Assembly: GCA_000091205.1 (NCBI GenBank)
Contig: AP006500.2
From: Cyanidioschyzon merolae
Taxonomy: Eukaryota
Reading direction: 5' to 3' (one strand)
Length of the DNA: 64,000 nucleotides
The notes under the pieces were generated by a model. That model saw only the letters and a list, made by a program, of their open reading frames with translations, did no database searches and was not told where the DNA came from. This document shows, one piece after another, positions 1 to 10,215 of this stretch. Both the position numbers and the translations under genes were made by a program. How positions within the stretch are numbered: the first letter of the stretch is position 1; each line of letters opens with the position of its first letter.

Positions 1-804
1 TGCATCTGCGTACCTCAGGATTCAAAGCAATGTTTTTCTCAGTAAAAAATGCTGGATCCTGTGATCTTCCTGGGCAATAGGCACATCCCGGTTGCCTGCT
101 AAGACGCTAGATACGTCACTGCTGCCACTGCCGCCCAAGAGAGACAGAACAGCTTTCCAGTACCATGACAGGCTTCAGCTCATAGGCGGTGCCGACGTGC
201 CCCGATACCGATGAGCGTTGCCACGAGCGACCGACTCGGCAGCTTGCCGCCGCCCTAGCTCCCAATGTCTCGTTTCCGAGGTACTCTTTGGAACGCTGAC
301 GCGAGCCTACGCTAGCAAGATGCGCACATTTCAGGTCGATCTGGATGGAACCTGGGTTGCCACGCTCGCGCTTCCTCCATCCCGACATTCCCCATGTATC
401 AACAAGACAAAAAAGGTTGCGCTGTACACCGCTCATCGATCATGTACTGGACGCCGTCGAGCTGGTGCGCACCAGACTAGCCATCATACGCACTACACAG
501 AAACGTCATACGCGTGCACAAGCTTTGAGCATGATCTGCTCCGCTGCTGCCGGGACCTGCCCCGGATCCAGCGCTAGTCTAGTAGCAGCTGCATTTGCGC
601 CACGCTGTGTGCCAATGATGTGCTAGGTGCACCGCTCGAGATCACGCAAACACTCTAAAAATGAAGTACAGAGGCCTCCAAGGCTTGTCAGTTGCGCGCC
701 TGGCAACATCCTTGAGGATCCAGTACCAGCGCTGAGATCTGCAGCGAATCTCCCGGCAGCGCGCGGCGTCGAGACAGATTCCTCGTCTGAAGTACGGACT
801 CGCT

Positions 805-1479
805 GTGGGCCTTTCTGAGAATATGTTCGTTTTTGGAGCTTACTGGTTCGACTGTGGTGAAAGAGCGGTCTTACCTGCAAATAGCAGGGGCGCACTGCGC
901 CCACAGTGCACTAGGCTGCGTTTCTGGCGTGGTCGATACTGGCACCGCGGTGCTGTGTCCGCGTTGAGGCGCGTGCGGCCGCTCAGCGCTTCGACACCGT
1001 CGCCGCGGGTGCTCGACGGATCGCAGTCGTTGGCGGGTACCCCCGACGACGTTCAGCAGTTGTTGCAGCACATGAGTCAGGAGCTCGACAGCGTTGTTCA
1101 GAGTATGGTGCATCTCGAGGAGTACGCACTCGAGCAGGTCGAGAAGTTGAAAGGCGCCATGGAAGCGGACCTACGAAAGCTAGCACTTTACGAGGAGGAG
1201 CAGGCCTTTGCACAGAAACTAACTGAGCAGCTCCAGAAAAAGGAAGGTGCTGTTTTTGAGGCGATGCGTCATTTTCTCTTCCATGTCGTGGGCCTGCAGG
1301 AGCAGACGGTAGCGATTACCAATGAGCTGCAGGTGCTGCACGAATTCGTGAGCGAGAATCATGAACGAGTCGAGCTCGTTCTCGAGTCTCTGCGGGAAAG
1401 GGGCCTATTTGGATCGCGCCAGGACGTTTTCGAGGGCGAGGTCAAGAAGAAACTCGACCGATTCGACCCAGAAATATGA
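805..1479 (+). CDS. hypothetical coiled-coil protein. The first ATG in the conserved-looking part is at 1072 (MSQELDSVV...).
   Basis: Continuous 224-codon frame with heptad-like Leu/Glu-rich segments (LEEYALEQVEKLKGAMEADLRKLALYEEEQAFAQKL). No recognisable catalytic motif. Confidence 0.3.
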   Translation: MGLSENMFVFGAYWFDCGERAVLPANSRGALRPQCTRLRFWRGRYWHRGAVSALRRVRPLSASTPSPRVLDGSQSLAGTPDDVQQLLQHMSQELDSVVQSMVHLEEYALEQVEKLKGAMEADLRKLALYEEEQAFAQKLTEQLQKKEGAVFEAMRHFLFHVVGLQEQTVAITNELQVLHEFVSENHERVELVLESLRERGLFGSRQDVFEGEVKKKLDRFDPEI

Positions 1480-2968
1480 CGATCTGGCACTGAACGCCGC
1501 AGTTGCGCTGCGAATCGATGACGCTGCCAGCACCGGTACCGACATCCATCGAGGAGCCGTCCTGGAGCGCACGCTTACGACGGGAATGCACTGATCGCAC
1601 TATTGGATAAGCGCTCGCTTCGAGCATCCGAGAGCATCTAACGGTACGATGTGCGCTGGTGTACTGTGCAGCAAGCCACGCTGGAGCCCAGTAGCGGGCA
1701 CAAGGCAGCCAGCGGCTTGTCCGGACTACAGGGGCAGCGCGAGCGCCTGCGCAAGGCGATTCGTCGCTGTGTGCCGCCGGGCAATGCAGCCTATCGCCTG
1801 TGAAAGCAGCGAGTCGCAGGGCTGCCGCTTGTATGCAATATTTGCGCTGCGTTCGCTTGTAATGACCATGATAGCCTACTGAGGAGTAAGTGTCAGGTGG
1901 ATTACCTGGTAACAGGTGCTGGGATCCATTGGGCGACCATTAGGCTCAAATTTGACGTTTATGTGTCTCCAATGCGAACCTGATTCACAAACAACTGGAA
2001 AAGATGACTGCTCGTAGATATCCTTGCATCAGAGTGCTACTCTTGATTTACAATGTATGTAACATATGGGAAAGATGCTCCGCGGCAATCGTGGCTGCGG
2101 CGATCGATCGTGCAGTACCGCAGGTACGGGCGATACGTTCGCTCCGAGTGGCGGCTGCACAAAACTGCCCGGAGCATGTGCTTGCTCCAGTGCCCAACCT
2201 GGTGCTTTATTTGCGACCCTTTGGGCGCATTTTTAATGTACGCCAGATGCCAGCTACGCAGGATGGACGCGACGCCGTCCATTCTTCGACTTCGGACTCG
2301 TACCAGTGCACGCTCTCTACCATGACGTTTGTGTCGTGGCAACGCTGGATGCGCTGCGCAATCGCCATAGCGAGCTGCTCTTCGGAAGCCGACCAGCGTG
2401 CATCGTCCATGAGCTCGGGTACGGTTTCATCGATCCATTCAGACGTAACCTCTTCGAACACGTAAACGGAACGCATAGGGTATCGTGTGTCGGTTGCACT
2501 GTTCGAGTCCTCCAGGCGAAACGCTGTATACTGCATGATCTCGTGGTGTCTGTAGAGACGCTTCGTGCTGCGAACAACACCAACGCCTTATGGAGTGAGT
2601 CAGTACCCGTTGAGCAGCAACGCAAACCAGTCGAGCGATCATCTCGAAGAAAGCGTCAGTCAAACGTTCTGAACACACACTGACGACTCGTGTCAAAGAC
2701 ACTGCACTTTAGGAATCAGGCACGACCCGCGTGCCCTGTCAATCCAACAGTGCGCCGTTGATTCGGATGACTAGTCCAGCGGGTCAAGGGCGCTGCGATC
2801 GGAATCAACGCTTGACCGACAGTCGCTGCACGATGTAGTGCTTTTGCAGTTTCGCTCTATGAGTGACACAGGTGCGCTATGCAGTCCAGCGTCTTGAGTG
2901 CTTTCTGGAAATAGCGTGATACGGTTCAAGGAGCGAACAGACACGCTTGCGGCTAAGCTTGATCGTTC

Positions 2969-5032
2969 ATGGCGGAAGAGCCGGCGACTCCAGCAGACAC
3001 CGAGCTGCGGGACTCGCAAGGCGCTGACACTAGCCGGGAAGGGTCCTGGAGCCCCCACGAGTACCTCATTGAGCAGCCGCTGCACGTAAAGCAGCACCAA
3101 GGCGACGAGGCATCAGTTGCGGCCGACAGCGCACTGCCAACTGCCGAGACGGCTATGTGCACTGCACCAGCGCTGATGGAATACGAGGGTGATCGTCAGA
3201 GCAAAAGGGCTCGCGCCTCGGAGCTGGACTGGTCACCAGCGCTACCTCAAGGCAAAGATGAAGCATCAGCAACTGCTCACAAGACAAATAGTGAACATCT
3301 CGGGTCAGAGAGCCCCGACGATGTTGAGAAATCGAGTACGCCAGGTCATACGGACACAGAACTGGACAGGAATAGCACGTTAGTGTCGAACGCGGATCAC
3401 GCACGAGAACCCCTGGAGCGACGCCCTGGTGGTGACTATGACGAGCGCGACGCTTGTGCGACTACAGCTATGACAACGGGCGCTGCACCCCAAGACCCCG
3501 GGGACGAATGCAACGGCGACAGCGACGCTGCATCCACTGTCGACACAGAGCTCCTATTCGAGACACCGCTCGCCATCCTGAAAAAGTTCCTGGATGGCCA
3601 CTGGGTAGATGCCGGTCGCGGTCCAGTGCGCATTCTACGCCTACGCAGGTGCAGCGAGTCATCGGGCAACACAGAGACGTTTCTGCGCATGGACAGCGGC
3701 CTGCGCCCAGTGCTTTACCTCAGACTGGAGCACGAAACGGCACGTACTGCGCGATGGGAAAAAGTTCGCGAACGAAGTATCCGGTTTCTGTGTCCAGTCA
3801 GCGGGCAGGGCCCAGTGATGTGTGTGTTGCAGTTGCGCAATGCAGCGACTGCAGACAAGCTGCTGGCCCTGATCGAGCAGGTGGCGTTTGCTGCGGCCAA
3901 CAAGGCGCCAGTGGCATCGTATACTGAGCGTTCAACTGGCGTTCAGTACTCGAGTAGCTTTACTGAGCTGTGGACTAGATTCCAGGCAGACACAGTACCT
4001 GTTTTGGAGCAGCATCGAGAAAAAGCGCTCGACGATGACGAGACGGCTACTGCTCCTCGGGTTGTGCGCTTGGAGCAGCTCATCGATGCCTCACGCAAGA
4101 CGCTCGAGCTGCAGGACGCAGCGCAAGAGCGTCTCCTTCAGCTCCTAGAGGAAGCACGCGAGACTTGCACCCGGACAGAGCGCGAGCTCCAGACTGTGCA
4201 CCAGCGTCTGTGCCGGCGCATCGCAGCCGTGGAGCCGCAGCTCTCCAAGCTGAGGTCTAGTCTGGGACCCGTCGACTCGCCCGCACCGCTGACATCGGAT
4301 CCTGCGAAAGCGCTTTCCAACAATGACCTGATGATCACGTCGGTAGAGAGGCGTGCAGTGGAGGCATCCGCGTATGCAGATCCTGCCGACTTTCTTGGTT
4401 TCTGCGCGCGCTTATGCTCGTTTCGACCAAGCTGCTTCAAGCAGATGCGCTTAGAAGAGAAAGGGGCACAGGGCACGGGATATCCGCTTGTTATTGAGCT
4501 CGCACTTGGCGGATGGACGTATCTCTTGTCTGGGGCGTTGCACTGTGGGCGCTGCGGGGCCACATCAGCTGTCAGTGAACTCGTGAACGAGTCGGAATCC
4601 AGTGCACAGGGATGCAGACACCAGCCTGGGTGTCGCTGGCTCAGCGAGCGCTCTCCGACGACTTTTGCGTCGTTTCGTGCGGACTCGTCCACAAGTCGGA
4701 CGGAAGCATGCTGGGCACTGCACCTCGCTGACGCAGTCCGCTACTTGCGCGACGCACTGGAACGCTCCGCGTCTCCAAATGCCTCTGTTACTGAGCGTGT
4801 TGCATTTCGCAAGCTAGCCAGTCATGGTTGGGTATGCCAAACGCGGCAGGAGCGACTGCTTTTTTCCTGTATGTTCTGCGGGACACCGCGTTTCATGGCT
4901 CAGAGCGAGATCGAGCGTAGCCTCGACTCGACCGCAGCCGCAGGTCACCATCGCAGGTACTGTGCGTTCGCGGATACCACTGTTGCTGTCGATATCGAGC
5001 AGCAGCTACGAAATGGAACATCTGCAGCCTGA
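2969..5032 (+). CDS. hypothetical protein (687 aa): acidic/Ser-rich N-terminus, central coiled coil, C-terminal Cys-pair segment
   Basis: Long uninterrupted ORF in GC-rich coding-like composition. The C-terminal region has paired CxxC motifs (HCGRCG ... SCMFCG) that suggest a zinc-binding module. No confident family assignment. Confidence 0.4.
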   Translation: MAEEPATPADTELRDSQGADTSREGSWSPHEYLIEQPLHVKQHQGDEASVAADSALPTAETAMCTAPALMEYEGDRQSKRARASELDWSPALPQGKDEASATAHKTNSEHLGSESPDDVEKSSTPGHTDTELDRNSTLVSNADHAREPLERRPGGDYDERDACATTAMTTGAAPQDPGDECNGDSDAASTVDTELLFETPLAILKKFLDGHWVDAGRGPVRILRLRRCSESSGNTETFLRMDSGLRPVLYLRLEHETARTARWEKVRERSIRFLCPVSGQGPVMCVLQLRNAATADKLLALIEQVAFAAANKAPVASYTERSTGVQYSSSFTELWTRFQADTVPVLEQHREKALDDDETATAPRVVRLEQLIDASRKTLELQDAAQERLLQLLEEARETCTRTERELQTVHQRLCRRIAAVEPQLSKLRSSLGPVDSPAPLTSDPAKALSNNDLMITSVERRAVEASAYADPADFLGFCARLCSFRPSCFKQMRLEEKGAQGTGYPLVIELALGGWTYLLSGALHCGRCGATSAVSELVNESESSAQGCRHQPGCRWLSERSPTTFASFRADSSTSRTEACWALHLADAVRYLRDALERSASPNASVTERVAFRKLASHGWVCQTRQERLLFSCMFCGTPRFMAQSEIERSLDSTAAAGHHRRYCAFADTTVAVDIEQQLRNGTSAA

Positions 5033-6257
5033 CGCGTATCGTATGGATTGCGTAGAGCTCATTCGAACATGCATGGATACTTCGCAGGCAGTGCTCAGTG
5101 CTCTCTTGGATGGAGAGCAGGTCCCAAACGAGCGCACGTACCTGCCAGCGACGTCTAGACTGGAGCACCCGACAAGCAGCCGCACCAGATCACTTTTTGA
5201 CATCAAGGCAGCTGGCTGCGTACCATTCGCTGGCCTGTAAACAAGCATGGATGTAGCGTTGCAGAAACATCGACGATACGCAGCACCTCTCTGAAGTTTT
5301 ATGGATACCGACGCAAGCTGCTTCCTGGCGATGGCGAATGCAGGTGCCTCATGGACAAGCGTTTGATGCAGCGACAGACGCCACGGCAAGCGCGTCTACG
5401 CGGTATGCTAGGCCTCTGCTTGCATCGTTGAATGCGGGGAATGACGCTGAAACTGCGAGAGACTGGCACTTTCCATGGCCCAGTGTTCGCCTGTCGAGCG
5501 CGTGTCTTACAAGGCCCGGAGCAACCCCAGTTGAATTCGTGAGCAGAGTCAGTGCGGGGCAAGACTAGTAGACTCGATCGAGTGGGTACGTGACGGGAAG
5601 CTGGACGGCATATTGCGCAGGTGCGATAGCGTAGAAGTGGAGTCACACCATGGTGGTGCTCTGATAACCTGGTGTACCAAGATGGACAAGGGCACTGGGT
5701 TTGCGCTCTGGCTGAACAGTTGCACCTGATGTCGACACTGCGTTATGGGTACGCTGCAGTCGACTCTGGATTCAATACGTTATTCACCAAGTTTCGTTAA
5801 CATGTTGACCAGAGGAAGCAACATAGCGTCGCCTATCCGGATCAATCGACGATTGGTACCTCATTGCGCTTCAAGCGGCATACAAGCACGCAGGCGCTTT
5901 CTTAAACGTCGCCGCCGTCACCAGCGCAACCTGTTCCACGTCACGATACTTTGACAGACTCTGAGCACCCTTCCAGTCCAAGCGCTTCCCCGTAGACAGT
6001 GTAGTAGCAGTAGCGGCACTGGTATCGTCGCTGCCTGTCCTAAGCACTGGATACCGCTGCTCCTGCTTCTAGAATACCCAGGCAATGCTGCCTTCGCCGC
6101 TGACAACCCTCACCAATCGATAAGCAACTCGACGCAGCGGGCGCCTTGCAAGCCGTTCTGCGTACGGCTCCCGTCAAGGTTCCGTAGACGTTCGTGATAG
6201 GAGCTACAACGCTGACGTTACTTGTCTGCTGCACCAATGCCTGTCTGACGGTTACCA

Positions 6258-8075
6258 ATGTTCATAACAGCACACTGTTTTCGTCATTGTATACAGGGCG
6301 TCGGCTCAACGAGCTGGCACACCAGGGACTGCCCTCGGGGACGATCGAAAAGGTGCCGCCCGGTGTGCGCTTCCCGAGCACTCCCAGCGCTACGTGCCAC
6401 GCAGGATCGTACAGAGACTGCTGCGAAACTGACAGTGGCGAGTAATGGTGATGCTCCAGTTTACTGCTACATCACCAGCTCACCGTTCAAGAACGATTAC
6501 CTGGAGCGCGTCCTTAACGCCCGCGTTTACGAAGCGGCCGTTGAGACACCGCTTGACAACGCTCCGCTGCTGTCGCGTCGCCTTGGTCGACGAGTCCTGC
6601 TCAAACGCGAGGATCTCCAGCCAGTTTTCAGTTTCAAGATCCGTGGCGCCTACAATATGATCGCACTCACAGACATGAGCCAGTACGAAGGCGGAGTCGT
6701 TGCAGCCTCCGCTGGTAACCACGCGCAGGGCGTTGCACTGAGTGCGCAGCTGCTCGGGTTGCGTGCCACCATCGTGATGCCTTGCACCACACCGTCGATC
6801 AAAGTGAATGCGGTTCATCAACGAGGCGCTGAAGCCGTGCTCCACGGCGACACGTTCGATGACGCACAGGCACATGCACTGGCGCTGGCAGCGGAGCGTG
6901 GGGCGCTTTTCGTGCCCCCGTTCGACCATCCCGATATCATTGCGGGTCAGGGAACGATCGCTCTGGAGATACTTCGCAAGCATCCTGGACCCATTGAGGC
7001 AATTTTTGTGCCAGTTGGTGGGGGCGGTCTCATCGCTGGCATTGCTGTGGTTGTGAAGCGCCTTCGTCCCGAGATACGGATTATCGGTGTCGAGCCGTTC
7101 GATGCCGATGCCATGTACCAGAGCCTGCAGGCTAGTCAACGGGTCCGTTTGGCGCAGGTCGGGGTATTCGCTGATGGGGTTGCAGTGAAAGAGGTCGGCA
7201 CCGAGACGTTTCGCCTGTGTCGAGACCTCGTCGATGAGGTCATCCGCGTCGAGAACGACGAAATCTGCGCAGCCATTAAGGACATGTTCGAGGACACACG
7301 CTCGATCCTGGAGCCGGCTGGGGCACTCGCTATTGCCGGCTTGAAGCGCTACGCGCAGCGGAACATGGACACTAGCACTAGCACTAGTAGTAGCAGTAGC
7401 AGCAATAGCAATAGCAGTAGCAGTGGTACCCTCATTGCCATTGCGAGCGGTGCGAACACCAACTTCGATCGACTTCGACACGTCAGTGAGCGAGCAGAGA
7501 TCGGCGAGCACCGTGAGGCGGTACTAGCGGTTCGTATCCCGGAACGGCCGGGTGCCTTTCGGGCGATGATGAACGCACTCGGGCCGGGTGCCAATATCAC
7601 CGAGTTCAACTACCGCTACGCATCACCGGAAGTTGCGCATGTGTTTGTGGGACTCTCGGTCTCGGATCGACGCGGTGCTGCAGCAGCAATATCAAAGCTT
7701 GCCGCCCAAGGTTTTGCGGCTACAGATCTCACCGACAATGAGATGGCGAAGTTGCACTTGCGCCACTGCGTTGGGGGCATGGGTGGACCACATTTCGCCC
7801 CAGCGCACGAGATTGTCTACCGCTTTGAGTTCCCGGAGCGCCCAGGGGCGCTAGCACGATTCCTGAATGGTCTTCGTGGCTGGAATATTACCCTGTTTCA
7901 TTATCGGAATCACGGTAGCGATGTTGGTCGGGTGCTTGTCGGCTTGCAGGTGCCGCCATTGGAGCGTTCCACCTTCTTAGAGTTTGTGGAGCGCCTTGGC
8001 TACGCGTACGTGGACGAGACCCAGAATATCGCCTACCGGATGTTTCTGCGTCCGTTACCGAAGAACGAATCTTGA
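6258..8075 (+). CDS. ILV1: biosynthetic threonine dehydratase (threonine deaminase), PLP-dependent, with tandem C-terminal ACT-like regulatory domains
   Basis: PLP-lysine motif FSFKIRGAYNMI, the glycine-rich loop VPVGGGGLIAGIA, and two repeated C-terminal regulatory-domain segments (..FRAMMNALG..NITEFNYRY.. and ..LARFLNGL..NITLFHYRNHG..). Ends with TGA at 8073-8075. The N-terminal ~60 aa may be a targeting peptide, or the true start may be downstream. Confidence 0.9.
   Translation: MFITAHCFRHCIQGVGSTSWHTRDCPRGRSKRCRPVCASRALPALRATQDRTETAAKLTVASNGDAPVYCYITSSPFKNDYLERVLNARVYEAAVETPLDNAPLLSRRLGRRVLLKREDLQPVFSFKIRGAYNMIALTDMSQYEGGVVAASAGNHAQGVALSAQLLGLRATIVMPCTTPSIKVNAVHQRGAEAVLHGDTFDDAQAHALALAAERGALFVPPFDHPDIIAGQGTIALEILRKHPGPIEAIFVPVGGGGLIAGIAVVVKRLRPEIRIIGVEPFDADAMYQSLQASQRVRLAQVGVFADGVAVKEVGTETFRLCRDLVDEVIRVENDEICAAIKDMFEDTRSILEPAGALAIAGLKRYAQRNMDTSTSTSSSSSSNSNSSSSGTLIAIASGANTNFDRLRHVSERAEIGEHREAVLAVRIPERPGAFRAMMNALGPGANITEFNYRYASPEVAHVFVGLSVSDRRGAAAAISKLAAQGFAATDLTDNEMAKLHLRHCVGGMGGPHFAPAHEIVYRFEFPERPGALARFLNGLRGWNITLFHYRNHGSDVGRVLVGLQVPPLERSTFLEFVERLGYAYVDETQNIAYRMFLRPLPKNES
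7368..7428. repeat. imperfect (AGY)n trinucleotide microsatellite, in-frame in ILV1, encoding a Ser/Asn/Thr tract
   Basis: Sequence agcactagcactagtagtagcagtagcagcaatagcaatagcagtagcagtggt encodes TSTSTSSSSSSNSNSSSSG, between the catalytic domain and the regulatory domains. Confidence 0.8.
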
Positions 8076-9276
8076 GGAGCACACGAACAATTGTTTGTCC
8101 CGAAGCAGACACATCAGAATCTCTGTTAGTGCACATGTCTCGACACGATGAGAATCCGCCGATACCGTGGAGTCCTCTGATCCGAATATGATGCACGAGA
8201 CGTCGGGCCTTGTTTTCGCACGATCCGATCGAAGAAGGCAGTTGGGCTCCACTGCTTGCGCACCTGGTGCCGGCGACCAGGGAATGAACTTCAGTGCCGC
8301 CCCAGCGACGCTTCTGGGTTCCACGGGATCCAGATGAGGCTCGCTATTCGGCGCAGAGGCCCAATGGAGACCGCAATTCCTTGGGGTAGAGAGCCTCAAG
8401 CCAGCGCTTGCTCCCGCGCCCAAATACGCCGCCATGGTCGCTATCTGGACGCAGCACTGCTTCGCCAGTTTCTCGCTGGCGTTTGCTCTAGGTTCGCTGT
8501 ACTCCTCGCCTGTCATGAGAATGGAAGCGCTTTTTAAACCACTTTTGTGGAAGCATTGCCACTGCAAAAAAGACGCGACTTTGTTCACGTTGGACGACGG
8601 GCAACGCTCCAGAATTTGCCGAAGACGCATCCATATCGTATCGCTGACGCGAGCTAGATCAGCGGATCCACCAGCAAGTCGCTTTTGCGAGAAACGCATC
8701 CACATGACCCAGCTAATGATCCAGATGCAACGCTGTCCCGTGGATGCTCAACATCGCGTTCGTGGTAGACTTTTCCACGCGTGCACGCGAGACGCGAGCG
8801 ATAAAGTACCTCATAGAACCAGAGTCAGGTAAACGCAGTCCACAGTCGGTGACAGAATTCGTATCGTCCCGATTCTTTGTTTTAGAGATTGCTACCATAG
8901 ACCGGAGATGTCTGATTGTGCGCTTGCCATCGGCGATCGGGAAGGCTTCCATCGTTCCAGCCACCTGCTGGCTCCGCTATCCACTATGATCTTCAGAGAG
9001 ACGGATCATTTTCCACGTTCCTTCGCGCGTCGAGTCTCTGAGAAGCGTCCACCATCGTGCCTGTTGCGTCAGTCCGGGATGCAGCACGCATGCAGAGCGG
9101 CCTTGCTATACCACGGAAGCCGTCAGCTCGGAATTCCCGCTGATGTCGATGCATACCATAAACAGACGGAGGATGCGTTGTGCACCTCCAGAAACAGAGG
9201 CAACACGCTTTGCGTCCATACTCGAGTTTACTGCCAAGGTGCGCACTGATTCGCATCCATCCTAGTCTGAAACACT

Positions 9277-10215
9277 CTATCTCGGCCTGAAATCCGCGAT
9301 ACTCTCACAGTAAAAGTCTGGGATGACCTCATCCTGGCTGAAGAGACGTTCCTTCGTGGTGACACCACTCAAACACAGAACTGCTCTGGTACCGTTGCGC
9401 TTCCCGAACAGCACATCCGTATCAAGGCGATCGCCAACAACGCAAATCTCACTTTTTGGAATGTGGAATTTGTTTGCCAGATAGTCAATCATAAGTGGGC
9501 TCGGTTTGCCGACGACGGTCGGCTCCACCTGCGTGCAGCCACGGATAGCGCCAACCATGGTGCCGTTTCCTGCCCACTCCTGTGCATCTGTGAGATGCGT
9601 CACAGCGTCCGTGTTCGTCGCTATAAATTCAGCTTTGAGCTCTCGAATGCATACATTGGCGTACTGCGCTTTGTAATAGTTAAAGTAGCGATCGAACCCG
9701 ACCACGACGGCGCCGACCATGGGGTCAACCTCGAGTTTATCGCCGGGGCCCATACGCGGCTGCTTGTCCTTGTCGGCAGGACCTCCGATATGTGGAATCC
9801 CCAGTAAATCAAGTTCCTCCTCAATCCCGACTTCGCCGATGATATACACCTTCTTGCCGGTGGCCTTGAAGTTTTTCGATTCCAAGTATGCCGCTGCAGC
9901 AAAGGATGACGAGAAAATCTCTTCGGGACTAATTTTAAGCCCCAAGGAGGTAAACTTCTTCACATAGCCTGCCCGGGATTTGGTGGAGTTGTTCGTTACG
10001 AAGAAGCAGCGCTTGCCAATGCTGCGCAAGTAGTCGAGGGTTTCCGGCACTCCTGCGATCAGCTTATCGCCAAGCCAAATAACACCATCACAGTCAAAGA
10101 GAAATACTGAGGTCGAGTTCAGGAGCTCCTGCTCCGGATCCTGGAGCTTTCGAAAAACCGCTGTGCCGTTTTCTGCGACTGTCGTTGGTTGTGCGCTGCC
10201 TGTCGTTGTGCTCAT
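9277..10215 (-). CDS. HAD-superfamily subfamily IIA phosphatase (phosphoglycolate / p-nitrophenyl phosphatase, PGP/PHO13-like)
   Basis: Motif I FLFDCDGVIW (DxDGV), motif II FVTNNSTKS, conserved VVGKPSP and C-terminal GDRLDTDVLFG. ATG at 10213-10215 (MSTTTGSAQ...) chosen over the upstream alternative start at 10560. Confidence 0.85.
   Translation of the reverse strand: MSTTTGSAQPTTVAENGTAVFRKLQDPEQELLNSTSVFLFDCDGVIWLGDKLIAGVPETLDYLRSIGKRCFFVTNNSTKSRAGYVKKFTSLGLKISPEEIFSSSFAAAAYLESKNFKATGKKVYIIGEVGIEEELDLLGIPHIGGPADKDKQPRMGPGDKLEVDPMVGAVVVGFDRYFNYYKAQYANVCIRELKAEFIATNTDAVTHLTDAQEWAGNGTMVGAIRGCTQVEPTVVGKPSPLMIDYLANKFHIPKSEICVVGDRLDTDVLFGKRNGTRAVLCLSGVTTKERLFSQDEVIPDFYCESIADFRPR

Noticed and set aside
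4138-4692. 184-aa minus-strand ORF
   Set aside because: It is antisense within the 687-aa plus-strand ORF, with no independent evidence.
6480-7511. 343-aa minus-strand ORF
   Set aside because: It overlaps the threonine dehydratase CDS on the opposite strand and has no motifs. High GC suppresses stop codons, which produces such ORFs.
7349-7609. Minus-strand ORF containing a polyLeu run (LLLLLLLLLLLLLVLVLV)
   Set aside because: It is antisense to the (AGY)n Ser tract inside the well-supported threonine dehydratase CDS.
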